DNA of 32,313 nucleotides from Thelocarpon superellum (Eukaryota). Shown piece by piece: positions 1 to 11,174 of this stretch. Below the pieces are notes generated by a model that saw only the letters and a list, made by a program, of their open reading frames with translations, ran no database searches and had not been told where the DNA came from. Positions within the stretch are counted from its first letter, which is position 1. Every line of letters starts with the position of its first letter. The stretch covers positions 62,001 through 94,313 of the forward strand of contig JAPEUG010000016.1 of assembly GCA_026025795.1 (NCBI GenBank), given 5' to 3'. The position numbers and the translations under genes were made by a program.

Positions 1-1356
1 CAGGCTTCATGATAGACTGGAAGGGTGGTGGGAAGACGGTTCCAAGGCGCACCTCACGGTGGGCATGAAGGGAGCTTGTCAGGGTGGTTCCATCATCTCT
101 CGGTCGCAGACGGTGTTGGCTTGTCGTGTGCCAATGACGAAGCCACTCGGCACCGACTCTGGTGTGCCGTGGTCTGGTATCTTTCCATTCCCCACCGTCC
201 TCGGATGTCAGGATTCACCGTCCATCGTTGGCCGTCATTCGCCCTCGGCCATCCAGAGCCCGTCAGTTGCGCTACCACCGGCCGGTTAAGCGAACGCGCC
301 TACGATCACCACCACGTCTTGGCGTGTGTCATTGTTGCTGAGAGGACATGCTCAACCGACTGGATGCTCACATGTTGCTCGAGAGACCGCAAGCAGTCCG
401 GCCATGGATCCTAGAATGAATGATGCTTATGCCCGATGACGCCGTATAGACGCAGTATGCTTCTCAAAGAGTGTCCGAGATTGAAATGTCGACGCATTTT
501 GATGGGCTATTGGCTCCGAGAGACTGGTACAGCATCACATTTGGCAATCGGCTGAGTTGGATGAAGCACCCACGGCACCCGGTCTCCCCTGGAAGTCTTG
601 AACTTTTACCTTGCCCCTGAGGTAGACTCTAATCTTTTAAGTGACAAGAGATGGACATTGCATTCAACTTCATCTTTACGACGAGACATGGGACAAGGTA
701 TCTTTACCATGCCAGCGGCAACCGGTTGGCGCTCCGTACCAGACGTCCAGTCCGCTGCTAGGATGCAGACATAATGAAGTGATATCGTCCAGTGTGAAGG
801 CGAATCATCTGGTCCCAAGAATGATAATTGTCCATCGTTCACAAGCCGCTGCCCTCAGCTTGCAAGCTCGTGTCGTCCCTTATGTAAGCAACAACACGTG
901 GAGAGGAAGAATATCGGTATGGTCTAGGGACAAATCACCATTCCTCAACGGCGTGACCTTGGGGAACTGTATTTAGTGAGAAAAATGAAACGAAGGTGAA
1001 CTGAGATGAAATGGAAGACTTGACGTACCGTGCTCTTCGATTAAGAAAGCATGGGGACACCAACTGAGCGCGTCTGCTACTAGCATTTCGTTGAGGTGAT
1101 GCGGCGGACTTGCGGCGCCCCGTAAACTCACGACCGCCAACCCCTGGGAAATAACATGGGGTCCCGCATCGATTTCATTAGTGACCGTAGTTTCATGCGT
1201 CACCTCATTGATCCCGGAGCGACTCCCGAAGGATAAGGTAGCAGTCGCCTTATCTTATCGATGGAGCTGTGCTTGGCGTGGCCCAGTATCAGACCCGATT
1301 CGCGATGAGAAGGCAAACCGAAATCCATTGACCTCGAATCCGCCTTCAGCGGCGCT

Positions 1357-2652
1357 ATGGCCGCCAATTACTGGGCCTCGACGCAACGTCGGTTCTGGCA
1401 ATTCTCTAAGCAAGAGCTGGCCGACATCCGAACGAGGCTTGAAGATGACCGGGCCCTGATCCAGCAATACCCACTCCCGGAGCGGCGGCTGCTGAGCATA
1501 TACTTCAAAGATCGTACGTTGGACTGGACGTGGCAGGCTAGGACTGGGCAGGGTAGAGCTGAGGCTAATGGCGTGTACTAGAAATCACCAAGCTCGGCCG
1601 GAAACTAGGTCTTCGACAACAGGCCATGGCGACGGCACAGGTCTTCGTGCGCCGCTTCTACACCAAGGTCGAGATCAGGCGAACCAATCCTTACCTGGTC
1701 TTGGCCACGGCCGTCTACCTGGCTGGAAAGATGGACGAGTGCCCGCAATATATTCGACATGTGGTCAGCGAGGCACGGAACTTCTGGCCTGGTGTGTTCG
1801 ACCCTGTTCCCTCCTTCCTTGCCCTCTCCCCACACTGCGCTGCGGGCCTGGGGCTCTCTCCCCCCTCATCATCAGTGACTGACGTCAACCCGCTACCCCA
1901 CAGACCTCATGACGACCGACACCTCCAAGCTCGGCGAATGCGAGTTCTTTCTGATCGCCGAGATGAACTCACAGATGATCGTGCACCATCCATACCGGAC
2001 GCTGCTCGATCTAACCAACACCTTTGCGCTGTCGCAGGAGGAGATGACGCTGGCCTGGTACGTGATCAACGACCACTACCTGACGGACCTGCCGCTTTTG
2101 TACCCACCCCACATCGTCGCCATCGCGGCCATCTTCATGCTTCTCGTCCTCAAGCCCGCCCAGGCCACGTCCACCTCCGGCATCGCCTCCAACTCGACCA
2201 TTTCGGGCGCCTACGCCACCAGCAATGCACCTAATACATTTTCCCCTTCGATTAGCACTGCCACGGCCACCGCCAACAACGGAGCTCCATCCTCTTCTAC
2301 ACCCACGTCCACTCCAGGCGCCACAACCTCGACCACCACATCTACAACCAACTCCACCACCACCACCACCACCACCACCACCACCACCACGACGTCCACG
2401 TCCGCGATCAACTCCACCGCCAATACATCCAGCAATGGCAACGGGAGTACTAGCAGCGCCGGAGGCGATACACAGCAGAGCAAGGCGCAGAAACTAGCAA
2501 CCTGGCTCGCCGACAGCGAAGTCGACATGGAAGCCGTCATCGACACCACCCAGGAACTCATCTCGCTCTACGACGTGTGGGATCAGTATAACGATAAGGT
2601 CTGCAAAGAGCAGATTGCACGCTTCGTCAAGGCGCGTGGTCTGGATAAGTAA
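1357..2652 (+). CDS. SSN8: Cyclin C, Mediator CDK8-module cyclin (Ssn8/Srb11), 371 aa; exons 1357-1513, 1582-1791, 1904-2652
   Basis: N-terminus [14 protein letters not shown]; cyclin box [21 protein letters not shown]...[21 protein letters not shown]...[31 protein letters not shown] introns with GCTAAT/ACTGAC branch sites give one frame of 1116 nt. Confidence 0.96.
2356..2388 (+). repeat. (ACC)11 coding trinucleotide repeat, part of a Thr13 run in cyclin C
   Basis: Read directly: 11 ACC codons followed by ACG ACG. Confidence 0.95.
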
Positions 2653-2829
2653 GGATGGGCGTGAGGAGCAGGTTGCGCGCTCTACCAAGTCCGTGAGCTG
2701 GATGACTACGAGTGCGCTGCTCGTGCAATCTCTTGCCTGACCGCTCCTGAGTGCTCCCCATATTTTTGTCGCTAGCGATCCTCCGCGCACTTCACGACTG
2801 CGTCTACTCCATACTGATCATATCTCGAT

Positions 2830-2877
2830 GATATGGATATGGATATTGATATTGATATTGATATTGATATTGATATG
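2830..2877. repeat. (GATATK)8 hexanucleotide microsatellite between the convergent SSN8 and SH3 genes
   Basis: GATATG x2, GATATT x5, GATATG x1. Confidence 0.95.
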
Positions 2878-3365
2878 TACTCCGGATATAAAACGACCAT
2901 GATCCGATCCATCCATCAATCCCGGCCTCTCTCTCTCCTGAAACGATAGGAGATCCCTGTGGGAGGGGCGAGATAAGATACATTAGAGTCGATACACAAG
3001 AGAAGATATAAGCGAATCCTCCCTGCTTGGCTCCACATCGAGACGTAGGAAATCGCCGCGTGCATGCACACGTTGGGGTATATCGAATATTAGACAGAAT
3101 AAGACCACGAATGGGTGCCGGCCGTGGGTCATGAGGAAATTCGCCGGCACGCCGTGTACCCGATCAAGTTCGGGATCCACCAAGCGGCCGGCAGATATAG
3201 ACATGAATTAGAAGTGATAGGAGGATCGATGGGAGTTTGTCACGTAGGTCCGCCAGCTCCCGATTCCGAAGAAAGGCAGGATGCCCCGAGCGCCAAGGTG
3301 ATCCGAAGAAAGGTCCAGGAAGAACGCCGTCGTGACATCGTAAGGTAAGCCGACGCTCGTGAGCT

Positions 3366-5259
3366 TCAGGCGTGGGCAGGTGTGCCCGCGGGAATCTGTG
3401 CTGGCTCATCCCCGTCGACTGTCCGCTTCCAGTGCTCCGGCAAACAGACACAGACAAGCTAGCATGGTCCATCAGTAATTGCACTGAACCCACCTCCAAG
3501 AGCAGTTCCGCATCGACTTACCGGGAAGGCCTTGATTTCGCCTGGTGGAGGCGGGGACGACACCGTTTGACCCGAGCCATTCGACAGACCACTGTCGCGT
3601 CCACCCGTGCGCTTCGCGTCGTAGTCCTCGGCCTTCTCCGTGAGCCGAACGCCCGTCGCCCACCCATCATCCCAGATGCCAATCACTTTGAGCATGTCGC
3701 CTCGCTCCAACTCAAACTCATCACCCGCGCGCGGCTGGTATGCCCAGAGCGTCGCCACCTTGCTGTTGGGGTGAATCTCGTCTTGTGAGTAGTAATCCTT
3801 GAAGAAAGGAAGCTGCTCCGATTGCCCACTTGACATGCCGTGCGGTGACGACATATCCCCACCGCTGCCAGAATGGGTGGAGTTTCGGTTCCCGACTCGA
3901 CCCAGTGCCGAGCTACTGGACAAAGACCCGGTCCGGCGTCTCATCGGGGGAGGATACAGCGGGTCGCGCGCCAGGACGTTATGAGGATCAGGACTCTCGC
4001 CGAAGCCGTCGGAGGAGGAGCTGTCCTGCACGCTGCGTCGCGTGGCTGCTTCGCCAGTAGCACCGCCCTCGGTCGGCAAAGAATTGGCCGACGGGCCCTC
4101 CAGGGCCGACATGCGCGCGATGCGCCCGCCAGGCAGCGCTTCATAGGTGCTTTGAGGACCATCCCCACCCATCGGGTTGAAGGTCATGCCAGTCCGACTC
4201 CGTCTGGTCGCCGAAGGCTGGTTGAACACGCTGCCTGACTGACTGCCTTTGCCGCGTCGAGAATAGAGACACAGGAAGACAAGCAGGCCGACAATCAACG
4301 CGAGGCCAAGAATGGAGCCAATCACCACCCCAGCGATCTGACCGCCGGTAAGACCGCTGTGACTAGACGCTGGCGAGGCGGTACTTGATGGCCTGGTCGT
4401 CGGCGTCGAGGACGGGAATAAGGGCGGAAGAGGGGTCAGCGAAGGCAGTACCACCCCCGCACACTGCGTCGTGTTGGACGTGAAGCAGCAGGTATCGGTG
4501 GAGTTGGGTGAGTTGGAGGAGCAATATGAGCAGAGGCCGACGGTATTGTTGGCAAAGCCGCAGTTCACGGGCTCGTTCTCGGCGCCTTCGATGCATTCAC
4601 CACTCAGAGAGTTGGACGGGAGTGAGCACACGGTGAAATCGGCCCGGATCTGATCTAAGGCACGAGGATTAGGCTTCGAGCAAGTGCCATTGTCGGCAAT
4701 GATGCGTTGTTCGCTCTCCGCTTGTTGGGCACAGGTATCCGCGCATAGAGGTCGCGAGTCACCATCGGACAAGGCGCAAGGGGTCTTGGAATTTTGGACG
4801 ATGGCATTGCAGACGACGCTGGCCGTATATCGCGCGTAAAGATTGGTGGTGTTGGTCAGGTTAAGGTTGCTGCATCCCAGCAATTGTTGATACCTGGGGA
4901 CCATCACGATTAGCAGAGGAGACGCATGCGGTGGGGCGACTTGTCTTACTTGAGCTGTGCATAACTCGAGCCGAGGTATTGATTCAACTGATTGTCAAAT
5001 TCCGCAGTGCTGGACACGAAGGCGAGGAAGGGACTGCCGCGGCCACAAGGTTAGTAATGATTCTGGTCAAGAGATGGGAGTGTACATACTACAGTGAGAC
5101 CAATCCAGCGTTGGTGGAGACAGAGGACTCGTTAAAGGCCGAGCAGACCTTGGAACCCGACAGAGGCACACAGCTTTCACTCATGGTCAAGGGTGACGCC
5201 GCGAGGACGAGCGACAGGAGGAGAGTGCATCTGGACATGACGGTCGACGAGGTAGGCAT
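3366..5259 (-). CDS. Single-pass membrane protein: signal peptide, Cys-rich ectodomain, S/T/P stalk, TM helix, disordered tail, C-terminal SH3; about 572 aa; exons 5259-5090, 5033-4950, 4893-3522, 3458-3366 (alternative start 5238)
   Basis: Signal-like MSRCTLLLSLVLAASPLTMS; TM GLTGGQIAGVVIGSILGLALIVGLLVFLCLYSRR; SH3 VATLWAYQPRAGDEFELERGDMLKVIGIWDDGWATG...IKAFP|LVCV. Three canonical introns; spliced length 1719 nt in frame. Confidence 0.9.
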
Positions 5260-7025
5260 CGGGACAGGTGCTGATGCCCGAAGGGGTCCGGACCCAAGAA
5301 AGGGTGCAGAAAGGGAGCAGCACCGAAGGAGTTCAGGTCGGTAGTTCTAGGACGGTGACATGGTACGACCACGGGTTCCGGATGAAGCTCGCACAAATCT
5401 CACCACTTTCAGGATATTGGACGTGTGCACGGGGCGGGCCACAACACACGAGAACACAAAGGTAGTCGGGTGGTTCAACTTCTGCGGAGATCTAACCAAA
5501 AGGTATTCGAGGTCGAGCAGATGAAGATGAGGTCCGGCGGCGAGCGTCGCAAAACGACGACAAGACAACCTGACCGTCAGGCAATCAGGCGTCAAACAGC
5601 GAGGTCGACGAGATTGGATGGGAATAGTCGGGTGGGTGGAGCAAAGACGGGCGGGTGGGCAAACGGGCCAAGGGTATGGTAGCTTTGGGCAAGCGAGTGG
5701 ATGACAGTGGTCCAAACGAGGACTCCAGGGACGAATGGCGGATCCCCGTGGCAATACCAACCCCAGAATCGGCCTCGGCCAGCGCAACTCCCGCAAATCT
5801 CTCACACAATAGGCGTCACATCGGTGTCGCTCCGGTCGCCGTCAGTCTGAACAAATTGATGTCCTCAGCCTTTGCAGGTCCGATTCATCATGGGTACGGA
5901 GAGGCTTTGAGGCGCGACGAGCCTTCTCCATGAAGGGAAGCTACGTGATATTGTCTCAGGCAAGTGCCACACAGCGCCCACGAAGGCCACGGCGCACGCC
6001 TAAGCTGAGGAAACGACCCAGAGCCTTCGTGCCCGTGGTCAGAGGTGGTGCGAGCTTGACCAACCGAGCCGGCGTCGGCTGCAATGAGTTAGTGGCTCGC
6101 TCGCGGAGATTGGAGATCGCGGCAGCTGCATGGGCGGCGCCAGGGACCTGGCACTAGCGAGTTGCGCTGCTCAGGGACCAATACCACTGACCAATCACTT
6201 CTGCGAAAGACCAAAAGTGTTTGCCGGTTCGTCATCGTAAACCATGGCTTTCGGCGTTCGTGCCAGTGGTCAGGGACGCCTTGCAACGCCGCACCTCCTC
6301 GACGCGCCATGGCTGCTAGGTCTTGTACCTTTTGCTGATGTTCAGGGTCGCAGTACTTGTGTGACCAACAGCTTTCGTACCATACAAGCAGGGTACAGCT
6401 GGATTACGATAACGTCTGCTTCGTGCACTTGTGCTATGATGCAACGCTTGAGTTATCACCAAGCTGCAGCACCCACCTCGTCAACGTTTCGGCACGGTGC
6501 ATTCGTGCCGACGAAGGATGGAGCTTTATCTTAGTCGTCGTCGTGCGGCCGGCGGTGCTCTGGTGCAGACCGAAGAGGCGGCTATTCGTATACGATACTC
6601 GCAATGACTTGCTCGCCTAAGTCGACTAACGGCACCAGCGACGCCGTCCAATGCCGTACCTGTCGATCTTTGACGGAATTGCACTCGTACCCCTGCATCT
6701 TGACCAATCTCATTGGCGTCCCGTTGCAGCAGGGGGTACGTTACCAACAGCTCAGGACTTGCCTGGTACGCGAATTCGTACGAGGACCCGCGACACGGCG
6801 CAGCTCGTCCGACACGCGTTGGTACCACCAAGTTCCCGGCACTCGTGTCCGACTGCGCGGTACGCCGATCAGTGACACTTGTATGGGAAAGAGGAGCCGG
6901 ACTAAACCATCCTCCATCTCATCGCGTAGGACTGCCGAAGAACCGTGTCCTCTATCAAGATGCATGAGGATTTGATAAACGCTAGCTCTCTTCGCGGACC
7001 CTCTGCTCTTCGTCCCATGATGAAC

Positions 7026-8498
7026 ATGGACCCCGTCAAGCTTGTAGTGGATCTGTCTACCAATCCAAGGCACCTAAGATGGCTCTGCCCGTTGTTGATC
7101 GTCGCGGATGCGGCCCTGTGCGCTGTCATCATCCGCAAGGTCCCATGTGAGGCTCGGCCGCCGCGAAGCGATATTCGAAAGGCTGCTGATGTCATTGCGC
7201 AGACACCGAGATCGATTGGCGGGCATACATGGAACAGATTGAACTGTACCTGGCGGGGGAGAGACACTACCAGAAGATCGTGGGTGGGACCGGACCTTTG
7301 GTCTACCCAGCGGCTCATGTCTACATCTATCGAGGACTCTATGCCCTGACCGACCAGGGTCGGGACATTGTGACGGGCCAGATCATCTTCGCCGGGCTAT
7401 ATTTGGCCACCCTGGCGCTCGTGATGGCGTGCTATCGACTCGCCAAGGCGCCGCCGTACGTATTCCCATTGCTTGTTCTGTCCAAGCGACTACATAGCAT
7501 CTACGTGCTCCGTCTCTTCAATGACTGCTTCGCCGTTGGTGCCTTGTTTCTGGCCATCTATGCGTATCAACGACGTTGGTGGACCTTGGGATCCATCGTC
7601 TACTCCTGGAGCCTCGGCATCAAGATGAGCGTCTTGCTCGTCCTTCCCGCGATTGCTGCCGTCGTCTATCAAGGCATCCTCATCGGCCAGGTGATCGATC
7701 GAGCCCTGTCGCAGGTCGTCCTCATCCTCGGCACGCAGGTAAGGTCCAGCATTGCAGCACGGCGTGGATTGCGGGACATTAACATCAGCCCATGGCTCTC
7801 ATGACATAGGTGTTGATCGGACTTCCCTTCCTCCAAGTCGATGCCGGGGGCTACCTCTCACGAGCGTTTGAGTTCACACGACAATTCCTCTTCAAATGGA
7901 CGGTCAACTGGCGATTCGTCGGAGAAGAGCGATTTACATCGCGACGCTTCTCCATTGCCTTGTTAGCTGCCCACGTAGCGTTGCTCTTGCTCTTTTTGAC
8001 CACACGTTGGCTTCGGCCGTCTGAGCGATCGGTCGTGGAGAATTTCGTCATGGTCTTTCGACCTCCGCCTGCCACCGTCGTCCGAGCCATCTCGAAACAG
8101 GTTACTCCTCGATTCACACTGACGACCATCCTCACGTGCAATGCTATTGGGATGCTATGCGCACGCTCCCTCCACTATCAATTCTACTCATGGCTCGCGT
8201 GGAGTACCCCCTTCCTCCTTTGGCGAACCGGGCTGCACCCTATTCTTCAATACGCAATCTGGGCAGCGCAGGAATGGGCGTGGAATGTCTTTCCGAGTAT
8301 GTTTTTGCTCCGTCCCTACCTCAACCGACGCACGGCACCAAACTCACCGGTCTGGCAGGCACCGACGTTAGCTCGAAGGTCGTCGTGACCATTTTGGCAT
8401 TGATGGTTGGAGGGGTCTGGTTTGGCACCCGCAACGACTATGTCGTTCCACTTGACCAGGCACCTTCACCCGGCGACGCGCATGCCCACGAGGAGTAA
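7026..8498 (+). CDS. ALG3: Dol-P-Man:Man5GlcNAc2-PP-Dol alpha-1,3-mannosyltransferase (GT58), about 427 aa; exons 7026-7146, 7203-7738, 7810-8296, 8359-8498 (in-frame ATGs also at 7017/7020)
   Basis: Diagnostic motifs [81 protein letters not shown]; introns restore a single frame. Confidence 0.97.
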
Positions 8499-8538
8499 GG
8501 ATGGGACTCGGTGGCGGATTTCGCTCGCACCCAGATCC

Positions 8539-9009
8539 CTAGGGCTCATTGTCCGAGTCCTGGCTGGGCGGGAGCTTCCCTACCACGGAGGCTTGTTCGT
8601 CATCTGTATCCAGGTGCGGCGACTTCGAGGCAAATTCGAGTGGCCTTCACATGCACCTGTCAGCTCTCACCTTGAGGAGTCTGTATGCTCAACCTCACCA
8701 GTATGACTCTCGCCTCCATTCCTTTTCATTGCGTACCACGTTGACAATCTCGCCTGTCAGTTTCTTTTCCCGCTTCGGCAACGCGGTCAGGTCCACGACG
8801 ACGAAGCCATCCCTCTTGATCCAGATGGTGGATCGAAAGCGACTGGGCAGCTCCACCAAAGCGATGTCGCCCGAGGGAAGCGCAACTGAGTAGTTGTGAC
8901 TACCAGTGGCTTTAACGACGCGAGCGATTTGCTGTCCGTCCGACAGCTGCACGGGAGGCGTCGCTGTCTCCTCTGCCGTAGCCAGGAAGCTGCGTTTCGG
9001 TCGGCCCAT
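8539..9009 (-). CDS. eIF1A-like S1/OB-fold RNA-binding protein (EIF1AD-like), 138 aa; exons 9009-8699, 8644-8539
   Basis: QQIARVVKATGSHNYSV...LVELPSRFRSTIWIKRDGFVVVD...GEIVNVV...YW|PLEF followed by an acidic tail. Intron GTGAGG...GCTGAC...AAG. Confidence 0.9.
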
Positions 9010-9461
9010 CTCGAGCGAGTGACGATCTGAAGATCATAAGCTATTTGCGTAGCGCGTGTGGAGGATGTTTGTCCGAACGTGGATGAGTGTGGGATCCTCG
9101 GCAGACAACTTCACAACTTGCCGTTCTACCGCCAAAGTGCCGCTTACCCGGCGAAAGTTCGCGGGAGCACTCCACAGGAACCCCAGAGCACGCCAGTGCC
9201 CCGCAGAGTGACGTTGGGGAGACCATAAATTGAAGCACGATTCATCATTGCAGATAGAGGCTGAAATGACTCACGACGTCCTTTGTACATATGCCAGCGA
9301 GGACCTAACCGTTTGGTGTAACACACCATATCTTGCTTCATCCATTGCAGTCCATCTTGTGCTCCAGCTGATTGAAAACATTCAAGAACTCCGATGGACA
9401 ATCTAATTCCGTCGATCCGGAGATAGCTCCCGCGCATTTTCCATTCACATTTTCATTGAGA

Positions 9462-11174
9462 ATGGGCCTGGAAAATTGAAACCTTGGCTACCGGCCGTAA
9501 TCTCAAGCGCGCCTGCTCCCGCCGTGGAGGCTCCCGACGCCATCCATTTGGATGAATTGACGTGGGGCACGCAATATAATTGGTCGTCTACGCGGGATAC
9601 GACACCCGTCACTCCCTATGACCCGGAGCAAGTTCGACCTGCAACCCCCGTGGATGCGCACGGGTCGAATCCGATACAGAGCTTCTCACATTATGTCATT
9701 GAATGACTCGCCCCGGCTGGGGTCGTTGAGCTGACGGCTAGACGCAGCCCGTACATGAATAGATTTCGGATGATCTCTGCCTCTCTAGTGGAGTTTGGCT
9801 CGGGTTTGAATGGCGGCGGTAAGACTCAAAATGTTCGATCTCTCTTAATTGGACCGAGCGTCTTCTTTCACAGCTCCAAGTGCTTTGATTCGGTGTGTGC
9901 AGCCCCCTCCCTCATGTCTTCATGACTGATCACGTCTTTGCTGGCCTAGCTATATCGAAAGGTACAACCCCCGATCTCGACGCACCAACGCACCTGAAGC
10001 TGACGGATCAATGGATACATATCGGTTATGCCAACGTGTCGCTGGTCTTTGTCGCCAACGCGTCGGGTTATATCAGTGCAGCCTTTGTCACTGACGCTAT
10101 CCGTGGCCGACTCGGTCAAGCCATGACCTTGATGATTGCGCAAACCCTCCTGGTAGCGGGGTACGTCGTGGTCGTTACGACCCCACCGTTTCCCATTGTC
10201 GCGGTCGCGTATGTCGACCCTCATATGGCTACCATAGGGTATGCACTGGAGCCACATAGATTCTTCGGCCTCGGCTTTGGTTTGGCCATGGGGCTGGCAC
10301 TGAACAACGTCTTTGTTGCCAATCTTGCCAACAATATGTTGATGCTCGGGATGTTCCACGGAAGCTATGGGATTGAGGAACGATCGCGCCTCTCCTCTCA
10401 ACGGCCGTTATCTCGCACGGCTTCGTTTGGTCGCGATTCTACCTATTGACCTCGGGGGTGGCGTGCTTCAAACCGGTCTTCGTCGGCTAGGCCTTTTGGA
10501 GCTTCGAGCAAGATGACCCGACTGATTTGCTCAGCGCACGCGAGCGCACAGCGAGCCAGCGGTCGGCCAGAGATCCGTCGCGAGTGCAGGTGCGTCAGCA
10601 GGCGCTGCGGAACCAAATCACCGTGCTGGGAGCGCTATTCATCTTCGCGTATCAAGGTGCGGAGGTGTCCATTTCAGGGTGGGTCATTTCGTTCCTCATC
10701 AGCTATCGCAACGGCAACCCGGCCGACGTTGGATATGTGACGGCGGGCTTCTGGCGTGGCATCACAGCGGGGCGCTTCCTCTTGGTGGACCCGGCGCGCC
10801 GGATCGGTGAAAAGAGCTTTGTGGCCGCCGTCGTTGTGGCCTCGGCCGCCTTTCAACTGCTAGTATGGCTGGTGCCCAATGTCATCGGCGATGCCGTGGC
10901 GGTGGCCATCGTCGGCCTGCTCTTGGGGCCAGTCTATCCTGCCGCGACCGCCGTCTTCACGCGTCACCTAGGCCGACGCGTGCAGACGAGCGCAATTGGG
11001 TTCATATCGGCCATGGGCAGCTCCGGTGGGGCCTTTGCGCCTTTCGCGACAGGACTTGGGTCGCAGCTGGCCGGCACGTGGATTCTGCACCCCGTGTGCG
11101 TCGCCCTCTATGCCGGGATGGAGGTAACGTGGTTCTTGCTTTTGAGAAGCCGAAAGAGGACAGAGTATGTGTAG
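9462..11174 (+). pseudogene. Disabled MFS transporter (Bsc6/fucose-permease-like fungal MFS)
   Basis: Recognisable motifs PYMNRFR, GYANVSLVFVANASG, ALNNVFVANL, HGSYG, FIFAYQGAEVSISGWVISFL, GLLLGPVYP, GSSGGAFAPF. Lesions: ATG 9462 runs into TGA out of frame with the downstream ORF; intron 1 donor reads TTATGT (9691); 1-nt frameshift near 10375; in-frame TAG at 10488-10490. Confidence 0.85.

Noticed and set aside
25..1203. ORFs of 60-130 aa upstream of SSN8
   Set aside because: No recognisable domain, splice structure or codon bias; treated as intergenic.
5400..7016. ORFs in the SH3/ALG3 divergent spacer
   Set aside because: No family motifs or consistent exon structure; consistent with promoter and leader sequence.
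9662..9845. T-loop-like strings (GGGTCGAATCC, GTTCGATC) suggesting tRNA
   Set aside because: No cloverleaf or A-box; they lie within the MFS pseudogene.
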